From an uncultured delta proteobacterium (GTDB lineage: Bacteria; Desulfobacterota; Syntrophia; Syntrophales; UBA5619): a stretch of DNA of 64,000 bases. A program made the translations under genes and the position numbers. Location: assembly GCA_963817385.1 (NCBI GenBank), contig CAWFOM010000020.1, positions 24,718 through 88,717 on the forward strand, read 5' to 3'. This document shows positions 38,887-49,283 of this stretch, one piece after another (position 1 is the first letter of the stretch; each line of letters begins with the position of its first letter). Below the pieces are notes generated by a model, which worked only from the letters and a program-made list of their open reading frames with translations, had not been told where the DNA came from and searched no databases.

Positions 38887-39068
38887 GGCCGATCACCGCA
38901 CCGATTGGACGGTAGACTTCCCGGTAGAGCGACCAATTTCTAGCAGTGATGCGCTCCCCAGGAGCCCGGTTCACGAATCGTTTCCGGTGGTCGCGATTAT
39001 CCCGTGCCGTCGGTAGCCCCATGTGTGCCGGGCACGGCACGGAAGGAACAAGGATAGGAGTAGGGCAC

Positions 39069-39506
39069 GTGCCGCATCGCGAGGTAACCCGAATAATCGA
39101 GTCGATTCACACTCACGAGTCCGCAATCTGGTGGATCGCCGGTGCGTCGATCGTTACCTTCATTGCGACCCTGATCGTCGTGCCGTGGTTGATTGTTCGA
39201 ATCCCTCCCGACTATTTTGCACACGGGAGGCGACAGCGGAAGCAGTGGGCCAATCGGCATTCAATCGTCCGAGGGGTGCTCTTGACGGGGAAAAACCTGC
39301 TGGGGTACATCTTGATTGCGGCCGGGATCGCCATGCTGGTGCTGCCCGGTCAGGGAATGTTGACGATTCTGCTCGGGATCATCCTGGTAGACCTCCCGGG
39401 AAAGTACCGGCTTGAGCGATGGTTCGTCGCGCGTCGTCCGGTGCTTCGATCGATCAACTGGCTTCGGCGACGCGCGGGACGGGCCCCGCTTGTTCTTGAC
39501 GAGTAA
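39069..39506 (+). CDS. PGPGW-domain membrane protein
   Basis: GTG after AGGAG. RIPPDYF, KNLLG, GIAMLVLPGQG and DLPGKY. Confidence 0.75.
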   Translation: MPHREVTRIIESIHTHESAIWWIAGASIVTFIATLIVVPWLIVRIPPDYFAHGRRQRKQWANRHSIVRGVLLTGKNLLGYILIAAGIAMLVLPGQGMLTILLGIILVDLPGKYRLERWFVARRPVLRSINWLRRRAGRAPLVLDE

Positions 39507-39533
39507 TTGATACGTGGATGTGTACGAGGTGCC

Positions 39534-40352
39534 ATGCTCCCAAGTTACCTGCTCTCTCTCCGTGAAGGAATCGAAGCCGCATTCATCGTCGGCATCGTCC
39601 TCGGCGTGTTGCGTCAAATGAACCGTACTGAATTGGTTCCCGCCGTCTGGCTGGGGACTCTGACCGCCTCCTTCATCAGCCTGTTGGTAGCGATCCTCCT
39701 GACCGCGTTTGGTCTCGAAATGGAAGACCCAGGCGAGGCCATCTTTGAAGGTTTCACAATGTTGGTGGCTGCAGGCCTGCTCACGTGGATGATCTTCTGG
39801 ATGAATCGCTCAGCGCGCACACTCAAGAGCGACATCGAAGCCGAGGTCCAGCGCGCCGCGTTTACCACGGGCAAGCGCGCCGTCTTCCTTGTCGCCTTCG
39901 TCGCCATCCTGCGCGAGGGCATCGAACTGTCGCTCTTCCTCACTGCCTCCGTCTTCGCCACCAACGCCGTCCAAACCATCATCGGCGGTATCCTCGGCCT
40001 CGGCACCGCCATCCTGCTTGGCTGGTCGATCTTCGCGGCTATCATCCGCCTCGACCTGCGCCGCTTTTTCAAGGTGACAGGCGTCCTGCTTATCCTCTTC
40101 GCGGCGGGTCTGGTCGCGCACGGCGTGCATGAGTTCAACGAAGTCGGCTGGATTCCCTCCATCATCGGACACGTCTGGGACGTGAGTGCACTCGTCAGCG
40201 TAAATTCCACGCTCGGCCAGTTGCTTGCCACACTCTTCGGCTATAATCCCGCGCCCTCACTTACCGAAATGCTGGCGTATGTCGCCTACTTCGTGGCGAT
40301 TTTCCTCGGTATGCGAATGGCAAACAAAACCCGCCCCGCAAGAGCAGAATAA
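39534..40352 (+). CDS. FTR1 family iron permease
   Basis: Two REGIE (RExxE) motifs, TWMIFWM and LFGYNPAP. Confidence 0.92.
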   Translation: MLPSYLLSLREGIEAAFIVGIVLGVLRQMNRTELVPAVWLGTLTASFISLLVAILLTAFGLEMEDPGEAIFEGFTMLVAAGLLTWMIFWMNRSARTLKSDIEAEVQRAAFTTGKRAVFLVAFVAILREGIELSLFLTASVFATNAVQTIIGGILGLGTAILLGWSIFAAIIRLDLRRFFKVTGVLLILFAAGLVAHGVHEFNEVGWIPSIIGHVWDVSALVSVNSTLGQLLATLFGYNPAPSLTEMLAYVAYFVAIFLGMRMANKTRPARAE

Positions 40353-40591
40353 AGAGCACAACCCGACGGCCTGATGAAAGTCAGGCGAGATCCGACGTCA
40401 TCACCTTTACGCCGACCAAGACGGCAACCTATCCCTTTTATGGTGACAAGAAGTTCCTCTTTATGAGTAGCCATAAGGAAAAAGGTATGGAAGGCACGCT
40501 CGAAGTGCGGGAGTGAATGATAGACAAGGCATACAGAGATTTCGGGAAGATACTCCACGGCTCTTTCAAGGGCACATGCGCCGGGAGGTCG

Positions 40592-41299
40592 CTACAATCC
40601 CAGATAGGCCCGCTTGACCTCTTCGTTGTTTAGAAGGCTCTTAGCGCTTCCCTCCAGGGTGATCCTGCCGTTTTCCATGACATAGCCGCGATGGGCGATC
40701 TTGAGGGCCATGTTCGCGTTTTGCTCCACCAGGAGGATCGTCGTCCCGCTCTCCTCGTTGACCTGCCCGATGATCCGGAAGATCAGCTGGGCGATGAGCG
40801 GGGCAAGTCCGAGGGAAGGTTCGTCAAGGAGCAGCAGGGAGGGACGGGCCATCAGGGCGCGGGAGATGGCGAGCATCTGCTGTTCCCCGCCGCTGAGCGT
40901 TCCCCCCGGCTGATGGCGGCGCTCCTTGAGGATCGGAAAAAGCGAAAAGATGTACTCCCTGTCCTTTGCGATCTCTCCCGCGTCCTTCCGGAGAAACGCG
41001 CCCATCGCGAGATTCTCCGATACCGTAAGGAGCGGAAAGATCCGGCGGCCTTCGGGGACCTGGGAAATGCCCAGGGCGACGATATCGTGCGGCTCCAGGT
41101 GCTGGATGGGTTTTTTTCTGAAGAGGATCTCGCCCACGCGCGGGGGAACGATCCCGCAGATGGTCATCAGGGTGGTTGACTTGCCGGCGCCGTTGGCGCC
41201 GATCAGGGTGATGATCTCCCCTTCGGAAACGGACAGGCTGATCCCCTTGAGGGCCTTGATGTTTCCGTAGAAGGTTTCGACGTTGATGAGCTCAAGCAT
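40592..41299 (-). CDS. livF: branched-chain amino acid ABC transporter ATPase
   Basis: GANGAGKST, QVPEGRRIF, LSGGEQQMLA, DEPSLGLAP and VEQNA. Confidence 0.93.
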   Translation of the reverse strand: MLELINVETFYGNIKALKGISLSVSEGEIITLIGANGAGKSTTLMTICGIVPPRVGEILFRKKPIQHLEPHDIVALGISQVPEGRRIFPLLTVSENLAMGAFLRKDAGEIAKDREYIFSLFPILKERRHQPGGTLSGGEQQMLAISRALMARPSLLLLDEPSLGLAPLIAQLIFRIIGQVNEESGTTILLVEQNANMALKIAHRGYVMENGRITLEGSAKSLLNNEEVKRAYLGL

Positions 41300-42086
41300 C
41301 GTTACGAAAATCCTCTCCCAGGTAGGCCTTGATCACGACGGGATTTTCCCGGATCTCCACCGCCGTTCCTTCGGCGATCTTTTCGCCGTGGTCCAGGACG
41401 AAGATCCGGTCGGAGATGCTCATCACAATCCTCATGTCGTGTTCGATCATCAGGATCGAGATTTTCTCCTCGTTGCGGATCCGGAGGATCAGCTCTTCGA
41501 GTTCATCCGTCTCCCGCGGGTTCATCCCGGCCGCCGGTTCGTCCAGGAGCAGCAGAAACGGCTCGGTGGCCATCGCCCGGGCGATCTCCAGACGTCGCTG
41601 GGCGCCGTAGGGGAGGTTCTTCGCCAGGTCATCGACCTGGTCGGCAAGGCCGATCTTGACGAGGATCTCATAGCTGCTCTCCACGATCTCCCGCTCTTCA
41701 TCTCGTGTCCGCTGGTCCCTCAGGAGCGCCCCCAGGACGCCCGCCTTTGCCCGGCAGTGGCGGCCGATCATCACGTTTTCCAGGACCGTCATCTTGGGGA
41801 AAAGGCGAATGTTCTGAAAGGTCCGGGCCATTCCCAGCTCCGTGCCTTTGTTGATCTTGACGCCGTTGATCCGCCGGGTTTCCCCCGCCGGGGGGGAGAT
41901 GATGATATCCCCATCGGCCGGCGTGTAGATTCCGGTCACACAGTTGAAAAAGGTGGTCTTTCCGGCGCCGTTGGGGCCGATGAGGGCGACGATCTCCCCC
42001 TGTCCGACGCCGAGGTCGACGGCCGAGAGCGCGCGGAGTCCCCCGAAATCCATCGTCAGCCTGTTTACGGTAAGGACACTGTCCAT
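41292..42086 (-). CDS. livG: branched-chain amino acid ABC transporter ATPase
   Basis: GPNGAGKTT, ARTFQNIRLF, LPYGAQRRLEIARA, DEPAAGMN and IEHDM. Confidence 0.93.
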   Translation of the reverse strand: MDSVLTVNRLTMDFGGLRALSAVDLGVGQGEIVALIGPNGAGKTTFFNCVTGIYTPADGDIIISPPAGETRRINGVKINKGTELGMARTFQNIRLFPKMTVLENVMIGRHCRAKAGVLGALLRDQRTRDEEREIVESSYEILVKIGLADQVDDLAKNLPYGAQRRLEIARAMATEPFLLLLDEPAAGMNPRETDELEELILRIRNEEKISILMIEHDMRIVMSISDRIFVLDHGEKIAEGTAVEIRENPVVIKAYLGEDFRNDA

Positions 42087-42093
42087 ATCATGC

Positions 42094-43338
42094 CTATGCG
42101 GGCTTCCCGCTCCTTCCCTTTGCAGCAAACCGGTAGATCCGCCGGACGTTCGTCACGATCCCCTGGGGACGGAAAACCATCATCAGGACCATTGTCGTTC
42201 CGAACAGGAGCATCCGGTAGTTGCTGAAGGCCCGGAGGTACTCCGGCGTCAGGATCAGGAGGAAGGCCCCGAGGATCACCCCCGCAATCGATCCCATACC
42301 TCCCAGGACGACGATGGAGAGGATCATCGCCGACTCCATGAAGGTAAAACTGGCGGGGTTGATGAAGGTGGTCTTCGCGGCGAAGATGACGCCGACCATT
42401 CCCGCCCAGGTCGCCCCGAGGGCAAAAGCGGTCAGTTTCGTCTTCGTCTTGTCGATGCCCATCGCCTCGCAGGCGACCTCGTCCTCCCGAAGCGCGATCC
42501 AGGCCCGTCCGATCCGTGAATCCTGCAGCCGGTTAACCACGAAGATCGTGAAGAGGCAAAGAACGATCATGAGAAAATAGAGGTAGATGGTCGCCTCGGT
42601 AAGCGACATTTTGATGCCGAAGAATCCCGGCCGGGGGATATTCGAAATGCCGCTCGGCCCGAAGGAAAACGCGTTCCAGTTCTCGAGAATGAGACGGATG
42701 ATCTCGCCGAAGCCGAGGGTGACGATGGCGAGATAATCTCCCCGAAGACGCAGGACCGGGAAGCCCAGGAGGATGCCGAAGAGGGCGCCGAGAAGGGCGC
42801 CCACGGGGAGGGCCGTCCAGAATCCCAGGCCGAAGTGGGTGTTGAGCAAGGCGTAGCTGTAGGCCCCGACGGCATAGAAAGCGACATAGCCGAGATCCAG
42901 AAGCCCTGCCAGACCGACGACGATATTCAGCCCCAGACCCAGCATCACGTAGATCAGGGCGGTCGTCATGATGTTCGTCTGGTAACTGGAGAAGAAGAAG
43001 GGAAAGGCGATCGCGACGAGGGCAAGGGCGGCCAGGGCCGGCCGGTAGATCCGGGGCTCCTCCCGGAGGCGCCGGCCGATCGTCCGGGCCTCGGCGTTTC
43101 CCGTTTCGGCGAGCTTCCTGCCCCGCTCCTTCCGCCTCAGGAGCCACCGCCAGATGAAGGAGAGGAGGAATCCCCCGATTCCGATGAACGCCATGTTCCG
43201 CCAGCGCCACTCGACGACCTTCTCGATCGTATTGACCCGGATCACCATGATCGGGAAGGTCAGGATCATGAACCAGATCGAGATAAAGAACGATTTCTTG
43301 AATTCCGACAGGGTTTTCATCGGCCGGCTCAAGTCCAC
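42094..43338 (-). CDS. livM: branched-chain amino acid ABC transporter permease
   Basis: GLNIVVGLAGLLDLGYVAF, LRLRGDYLAIVTLGFGEI and GRAWIALREDE. Confidence 0.93.
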   Translation of the reverse strand: MDLSRPMKTLSEFKKSFFISIWFMILTFPIMVIRVNTIEKVVEWRWRNMAFIGIGGFLLSFIWRWLLRRKERGRKLAETGNAEARTIGRRLREEPRIYRPALAALALVAIAFPFFFSSYQTNIMTTALIYVMLGLGLNIVVGLAGLLDLGYVAFYAVGAYSYALLNTHFGLGFWTALPVGALLGALFGILLGFPVLRLRGDYLAIVTLGFGEIIRLILENWNAFSFGPSGISNIPRPGFFGIKMSLTEATIYLYFLMIVLCLFTIFVVNRLQDSRIGRAWIALREDEVACEAMGIDKTKTKLTAFALGATWAGMVGVIFAAKTTFINPASFTFMESAMILSIVVLGGMGSIAGVILGAFLLILTPEYLRAFSNYRMLLFGTTMVLMMVFRPQGIVTNVRRIYRFAAKGRSGKPA

Positions 43339-43339
43339 C

Positions 43340-44242
43340 TCACACTTTCTGAACGGTCGACCGGCCGAGGAGACCCGCCGGCCGGAAGATCAGGATCAGG
43401 ACCAGAAGGCAGAAGGCGAACACATCCTCGTAGTCGCTTGACACGTAACCCGTGGCGAAACTCTCCGTCCAGCCGAGAATCAGGCCGCCGAGGACCGCCC
43501 CGGGGATGCTCCCGATTCCCCCGAGGACCGCGGCGGTAAAGGCCTTGATCCCGGCGATGAAGCCGATGGCGAAGTTGATCCGGCCGACATGGGACGCGAT
43601 CAGGACCCCGCCGATCGCGGCCAGGGCCGAGCCGACGATGAAGGTGTTCGAGATGACGCGGTTGACGTTCACCCCCACGAGCATCGCCATGTTCCGGTCC
43701 TGGGCGGTGGCCCGCATCGCCTTCCCGAGCTTCGTGAACTTGATGAAGAGAGTGAGTACGGCCGTCACCATGGCGGTGGTGAGAACGATGATGAGCTCCG
43801 TCGACCCGATGAGGTGAGCGTACGGCTCCATGAAGGGCAGCGCGGGAATCAGGTTCGGAAACGGCAGAAAATCGGAGGTTTGGGCGAGAAGGACATAGTT
43901 CTGCAGGAAGATCGACATGCCGATGGCGCTGATCAGCGGCGAGAGGCGGGGAGCCTGGCGCAGCGGCTTGTAGGCGATCTTCTCCACGGTGAAGCCATAG
44001 GCGGAAGCGTAAAGAACGGCCACGACGGAGGCGATGATCAGAACGGACACGCCCGTCATCCCGTTCATGGTAAGGACGGAGGCGACGATGAGCGCGGTGA
44101 AGGCCCCGATCATGTAAATCTCGCCGTGGGCGAAATTGATCAGTTCGATGATGCCGTAGACCATCGTATAGCCGAGCGCGATCAGCGCATAGATGCTTCC
44201 CCGGGTGAGTCCGCCGATCAGCAGTTCCAGAAAATAGTCCAT
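43340..44242 (-). CDS. livH: branched-chain amino acid ABC transporter permease
   Basis: GSIYALIALGYTMVYGI..INFAHGE and KAFTAAVLGGIGS. Confidence 0.94.
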   Translation of the reverse strand: MDYFLELLIGGLTRGSIYALIALGYTMVYGIIELINFAHGEIYMIGAFTALIVASVLTMNGMTGVSVLIIASVVAVLYASAYGFTVEKIAYKPLRQAPRLSPLISAIGMSIFLQNYVLLAQTSDFLPFPNLIPALPFMEPYAHLIGSTELIIVLTTAMVTAVLTLFIKFTKLGKAMRATAQDRNMAMLVGVNVNRVISNTFIVGSALAAIGGVLIASHVGRINFAIGFIAGIKAFTAAVLGGIGSIPGAVLGGLILGWTESFATGYVSSDYEDVFAFCLLVLILIFRPAGLLGRSTVQKV

Positions 44243-44280
44243 TTCAATCCGTCACCGACTGAAGATCGACCGCCATGCGC

Positions 44281-45414
44281 CTATTTTACTTCGACATAGA
44301 CCCCTTTGCGCACCTGGTACATCGAGAAGCCGACGCCGATCGCATCGCCCCGCTTGTCGAACCTGATCTTTCCCAGGGGCGTTTCGACAAACTGGGTCTG
44401 AAGAGCGCGGCCGACGGCGTCATAGTCAGTGGAACCGGCCTTCTGCATGGCGTTCAGGATGGCCTGGGTCGCGGCGATGCCGTTCAAGAAGAACGCCCCC
44501 GGATCGGCGCCGTAGAGCTTCTTGTGGGTTTCGATTGCGGCGATGGCCAGCGGGTTTTTCGTCGTGTCCTTCGGGCCGGTTGCGTAGACCCCTTCCGCAT
44601 ACTTCTGGGCAACCTTGATGAAGGTGTCGTCCTTCACGCCGTCATCGGAGATGAAGAGGGTCGTCATGTTCTTCTTGCGCATCTGGGAGACGATGGAGGA
44701 GGCATCCGGATGGTATCCGCCGTAGATGACCGCCTCGGCGTCCGTCCGTTTGATCTTCTGGACGACGGCGGAGTAGTCGACGGCGCCGGGGGTGATCCCC
44801 TCGAAAAGAACGACGTTGGCCTGCTTGGACTCCTCGATGAATCGCTTCGCATACTCGGCGAGTCCCTTTCCGTAGTCGCCCTTGTCGTGGAGTACGGCGA
44901 TCTTCTTGACCTTCAGCTTGCCGATGGCAAAATCCACTTCCAGACGGGCCTGGGCGTCGTCGGAGGCGATGGTCCGGTAGAAGTTGGGATACTGGCCGCT
45001 CTGGGTCAGCTCCGGATTCGTGGCCGAAGGGGAGATGACGATGAGCTTGGCGTCCTTGTAAATACCGAGGGCCGCCTTGGTCGCTCCGCTGCAGATGTGG
45101 CCGATAATGGCGTTGGCCTGTTGGGAAACCAGTTTGGTGGCCGTATTCGTGGCCACTTCCGGTTTGCAGACGTCGTCTTCCACGAGGAGTTCCACCTGTT
45201 TTCCCAGGACGCCTCCCTTGGCGTTGATCTCCTTGACGACCATCTCCGCGGCCTTGACCGTCGGCAGGCCGTATGAAGCGAGGTCTCCGCTGTGCGCCCC
45301 GCCAATTCCCAGCTTGATGGCGTCTGCGGCAAAGAGGGACCCCGTCAAAACGGCCGTCATAACCGCGGCAAGAAAAAACACCGAACACACTCTCCGAAAA
45401 GCCCTATGGTTCAT
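44281..45414 (-). CDS. livK: branched-chain amino acid ABC transporter substrate-binding protein
   Basis: Signal peptide, INAKGGVLG, EDDVCKP, IGHICSGAT and DKGDYGKGLA. The true start is taken at MNHRAF (45414). Confidence 0.9.
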   Translation of the reverse strand: MNHRAFRRVCSVFFLAAVMTAVLTGSLFAADAIKLGIGGAHSGDLASYGLPTVKAAEMVVKEINAKGGVLGKQVELLVEDDVCKPEVATNTATKLVSQQANAIIGHICSGATKAALGIYKDAKLIVISPSATNPELTQSGQYPNFYRTIASDDAQARLEVDFAIGKLKVKKIAVLHDKGDYGKGLAEYAKRFIEESKQANVVLFEGITPGAVDYSAVVQKIKRTDAEAVIYGGYHPDASSIVSQMRKKNMTTLFISDDGVKDDTFIKVAQKYAEGVYATGPKDTTKNPLAIAAIETHKKLYGADPGAFFLNGIAATQAILNAMQKAGSTDYDAVGRALQTQFVETPLGKIRFDKRGDAIGVGFSMYQVRKGVYVEVK

Positions 45415-45461
45415 AAGCAACCTCCTTTGCATGGATCGCTGAAATCTTGGCCACCCCGGGG

Positions 45462-46778
45462 TCAGGCTCCTTTTTTCCGGAAGAAGAGACGAATCGGGAC
45501 TTCTTCGAAGCCGAAGGTCTCCCGGATCCGGTTGATGAGGTAGCGTTCGTAGGAAAAATGAATACCGGTTGGATTCCGGACAAACAGGGCGAAAGAAGGG
45601 GGCTTGATCGCGACCTGGGTGATGTAGTTGAAGATGTGCGGCCGGCCCTGGCGGCCGGGCGGGGGATTCATTTCGATGATTTCCCGGATCTTCCGGTTGA
45701 GCTCGCCCGTTTCTACGCGGCGGGTGTACTGGGCGTAGATACGATCGACGATCTCGAAGATCTTCGAGACCCGCTGGCCGGAGAGGGCGGAGACGAAGAT
45801 GATGGGCGCAAACTCGATGAATTTCGAATTGTAGCGGATATCTTCGACATAGGTTCCGATGGTGCTGTTGTCCTTTTCGACCAGGTCCCATTTGTTCACG
45901 ACGAGGATGCAGGCGGCGCCCTTTTCCAGGGCGAGGCCGGCGATCTTGACATCCTGCTCGCTGATCCCTTCCTTGGCATCGAGGAGGATGAGCGCGATAT
46001 CGGCGCGGCCGATCGCCTTCAATGCCTGGACGGTGCTGTATTTCTCCATGGTGAGACTGATCCGGCTCTTCCGGCGGATACCGGCGGTGTCGATCAGGAG
46101 GTACTGTTTCCCGTTGCGGGTGATCGGGGTGTCGATGGCATCCCGCGTCGTCCCCGGGACGGGATTGGCGATCGTCCGTTCATAGCCGAGGATCCGGTTG
46201 ACCAGGGAGGATTTGCCCACGTTCGGCCTCCCGACGACGGCGATCCGGATACGCTCCCCTTCGCCGTCCTGAAGAGGTTCGGCGACCGGAAGTCGGGCGG
46301 CCACATCGTCCATCATCTCATCGAGGCCGGGGCCGTGCTGGGCGGAGAGCGGGTAGAGCTTTTCGACGCCCAGACGGTAAAATTCTGCGACCAGCGTCTC
46401 GTGACGGGGACCGTCGACCTTGTTGACGGCATAAAACACCGTTTTTTTCACCATTCGGAGCATCCGCGCGATCTCCTGATCCGCGGGGGTGAGGCCGTCC
46501 CTGCCATCCATCAGAAAAAGGATGATGTCCGCTTCCTCGATGGCGAGCTTGGTCTGCTCCCGCATCTGGACGAGTATCTCCACCTCCGACGCGGGCTCGA
46601 ACCCCCCCGTATCGATCAGGGTGAACGGCCGGTCGTTCCAGGCGCATTCCGCGTAATTGCGGTCGCGCGTGGCGCCCGGCTCATCGATGACGATGGCCTT
46701 GCTCCTTCCGGCCAGGCGGTTGAAGAGGGTCGATTTCCCCACGTTCGGCCGGCCGATGATGGCGATGACCGGTTTCAT
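45462..46778 (-). CDS. der: ribosome biogenesis GTPase Der (EngA)
   Basis: Two G domains (GRPNVGKS x2, DTGG/DTAG, NKVD/NKWD) and a KH-like C-terminus. Confidence 0.97.
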   Translation of the reverse strand: MKPVIAIIGRPNVGKSTLFNRLAGRSKAIVIDEPGATRDRNYAECAWNDRPFTLIDTGGFEPASEVEILVQMREQTKLAIEEADIILFLMDGRDGLTPADQEIARMLRMVKKTVFYAVNKVDGPRHETLVAEFYRLGVEKLYPLSAQHGPGLDEMMDDVAARLPVAEPLQDGEGERIRIAVVGRPNVGKSSLVNRILGYERTIANPVPGTTRDAIDTPITRNGKQYLLIDTAGIRRKSRISLTMEKYSTVQALKAIGRADIALILLDAKEGISEQDVKIAGLALEKGAACILVVNKWDLVEKDNSTIGTYVEDIRYNSKFIEFAPIIFVSALSGQRVSKIFEIVDRIYAQYTRRVETGELNRKIREIIEMNPPPGRQGRPHIFNYITQVAIKPPSFALFVRNPTGIHFSYERYLINRIRETFGFEEVPIRLFFRKKGA

Positions 46779-47035
46779 GAAATTCGTACCTCGGATAATC
46801 TTCCGTCGACATGCATGTTTCTTCTCTATCTGATCGCGGCCGGAAAGTCCATCCGTCTTTTCCGGGATACTCCATCGGGTTACGGCTCCATAGGGAGCAG
46901 CGGGTCGTGCCTTTCTTTTTCCCCAGCGACTAAAGTTTTTCCCTGCTCTGTCCGATATTAGAAAGTAAATCGATTAAATTTCTTCGTTTTCGTTCGTTTG
47001 TCTGAATTGTGTGATTTTGCAGGAGGGAGGCATCG

Positions 47036-47230
47036 ATGACAGGGATAGTGCGGATTGTGACGGTTAGGGAAGTTGCGGAGTTTCTCCGGCTGAAGGAAGC
47101 GACGATATGTCGTTTGGCGTCGGAGGGCAAGTTGCCGGGTGTCAAGGTCGGGAAGTCCTGGCGGTTCGACATGGAGGCATTGGAACGCTGGGTCACCGGT
47201 GCGCAAACGGGCGTGATCGACCGAGTGTAG
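47036..47230 (+). CDS. excisionase-like (HTH_17) small DNA-binding protein
   Basis: TVREVAEFLRL...GKLPGVKVGKSWRF, with strong SD GGAGG. Confidence 0.88.
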   Translation: MTGIVRIVTVREVAEFLRLKEATICRLASEGKLPGVKVGKSWRFDMEALERWVTGAQTGVIDRV

Positions 47231-47278
47231 GAGTAGCTCAGGAGGTCAGGACGTAAGGGACGAAGGAGGGGGAAACGG

Positions 47279-49216
47279 ATGAACATCATGGGATATATAA
47301 ACCGAAAGGGCATTCAACGAAAGTTGATTATTTCATTTCTGCTATTGGGATTGATCCCCATGATCGTCATGGGGGCGGTATCTTATTACAAGTCGAAGGA
47401 GATATTGTTAAAAAATGCAAATTCCGAAATGACCAATCTCGCGACAAAGGCGATAGAACAGTTGGATTCCGAATTCAAGCTATACCGGATTCAGGTGGAC
47501 AGCCTCGCGATTCCCGCCAAGCAGGTCATTGATATGATGGCGGTAGGGATTGATCTCGATGAGGGTACCAAGGATATGACGGGAAAATTCTTCATTGAAT
47601 ATATGAATGCCAATCCCGTATTCAAGCGGATTCGTTTTTTCGACATCAAGGGCGATGAGAAACTCTCGACTAAGAAGGGGACATCGGATCAGGCGAAGAA
47701 TGTCTCCTCGCTTCCATGGTATCAGAAGGCGTTGACCGTCAAGGAGATCGTCTTCAGCGAGGCAATCGTCTCCCAGGAGATTGGTGAACCGATAATTATC
47801 ATGGCGCGGGCCTTCTATAGTCAGGAGGGCAAACCGTTCGCCGTGCTTGCCGCCGATCTGTCCGCGGATAAGGCTACCAAGCCGATTACCGACATCAAGA
47901 TCGGGAAGGAGGGATTCGGCTATATCATCAATAAAGAAGGGATGGTGATTGCGTATCCCGACAAGACAAAAAATTTTCAGATGGATCTGACGAAATATGA
48001 TTTCGGAAAGGAGATTATCCAGAAGAAAAAAGGGACGAGAGAGTATTCCCAGGACGGACGGACACGGTTTGCATCTTTTCAGGAATATCCCGCACTGGGA
48101 TGGATTATCGCCTTATCGATCGATAAAGCGGAGATCCTGGAATCGATTGGGACAATGAATGTCCTTTTCATCATCCTTGGTATTATTATGGCCATTTTTT
48201 CCTTGGTTGCCGGCGTCGTCTTTACCGTGCGCCTCGTCAAGCCGATCACCCGCATTGTGACGGGGTTGAGCGACGGTTCGGATCAGGTGGCGTCCGCGTC
48301 GACGCAGGTATCGGGGTCGAGCCAGCATCTGGCGGAGGGCGCCTCGGAGCAGGCATCCTCGCTGGAGGAGACCTCGTCTTCACTGGAGGAGATGTCGTCG
48401 ATGACCAAGCAGAACGCCGACAATGCGAACCATGCGAAGGCGATGATGAACGAGGCGAAGGCGGTGGTGGAAAAGGCGAACGTCCAGATGGCCCAGTTGA
48501 CGGAGGCGATCGGTCAGATCACCCGTTCGAGCGAGGAGACGGGGAAGATCATCAAGACCATCGACGAGATCGCGTTTCAGACGAACCTGTTGGCGCTCAA
48601 CGCAGCGGTGGAGGCGGCGCGCGCGGGGGAAGCCGGAGCGGGATTCGCGGTGGTGGCGGACGAGGTGCGGAACCTGGCATTGCGTTCGGCGGAGGCGGCC
48701 AGGAACACCAGCGATTTGATCGAAAAGACGATCAAGGCGGTCAGAAACGGCAACGAGATGACCGCCTCGACGCAGGAGGCGTTTCGCGCGAACGCGGAGC
48801 TTTCGGGGAAGATCAGCCAACTGGTGGATGAGATCGCCACGGCGTCGGAAGAGCAGGCGCATGGGATAGCGCAGGTGAACACGGCGGTGGGGGAGATGGA
48901 CAAGGTGACGCAGCAAACGGCTGCGACTGCGGAGGAGTCGGCGAGCGCTGCGGAGGAGATGAACGCCCAGGCCCAGCAGATGCGTGGGTATGTGGAGGAA
49001 CTGGCGGCGATGGTCGGCGTGAGCATGGAGAGATCCGGACCCTCCGGGATGGTTCCTGCCTCCCCGGCGGAGGTACGGAAGCCGGCCCTGCCGGCGCCGT
49101 TGGAGGATAAAAAGAAAAGAAGGATCCGGAGCGAGCAGGCGAACCATACGCGTCCGCGGCCGGATGATATCATCCCCTTAGATCAGGATGAAAAGGACGG
49201 CTTCAAGGACTTTTAA
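47279..49216 (+). CDS. methyl-accepting chemotaxis protein with dCache sensor
   Basis: Two TM segments, [41 protein letters not shown] and C-terminal pentapeptide GFKDF. Confidence 0.95.
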   Translation: MNIMGYINRKGIQRKLIISFLLLGLIPMIVMGAVSYYKSKEILLKNANSEMTNLATKAIEQLDSEFKLYRIQVDSLAIPAKQVIDMMAVGIDLDEGTKDMTGKFFIEYMNANPVFKRIRFFDIKGDEKLSTKKGTSDQAKNVSSLPWYQKALTVKEIVFSEAIVSQEIGEPIIIMARAFYSQEGKPFAVLAADLSADKATKPITDIKIGKEGFGYIINKEGMVIAYPDKTKNFQMDLTKYDFGKEIIQKKKGTREYSQDGRTRFASFQEYPALGWIIALSIDKAEILESIGTMNVLFIILGIIMAIFSLVAGVVFTVRLVKPITRIVTGLSDGSDQVASASTQVSGSSQHLAEGASEQASSLEETSSSLEEMSSMTKQNADNANHAKAMMNEAKAVVEKANVQMAQLTEAIGQITRSSEETGKIIKTIDEIAFQTNLLALNAAVEAARAGEAGAGFAVVADEVRNLALRSAEAARNTSDLIEKTIKAVRNGNEMTASTQEAFRANAELSGKISQLVDEIATASEEQAHGIAQVNTAVGEMDKVTQQTAATAEESASAAEEMNAQAQQMRGYVEELAAMVGVSMERSGPSGMVPASPAEVRKPALPAPLEDKKKRRIRSEQANHTRPRPDDIIPLDQDEKDGFKDF

Positions 49217-49283
49217 AAGACTAGGGATAGAACAGAAACCATTACCGGTGCGGCAAGGAACCGCCCTGAACCATGGGAGTGGA

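Noticed and set aside
40368..40400. Hammerhead ribozyme (CTGATGA)
   Set aside because: No stem II followed by GAAA. It is a simple GAAA-loop hairpin.
40286..40558. Minus-strand ORF with HhH-like ATHKEELLVTIKGIG
   Set aside because: Short, overlaps the FTR1 end, and the rest is unrecognisable. It could be a remnant but cannot be supported.
44281..45891. 536-aa extended LivK
   Set aside because: The extension overlaps der out of frame. The signal peptide and SD support a start at 45414.
47036..47230. Prophage/ICE
   Set aside because: No integrase, att sites or phage genes nearby.
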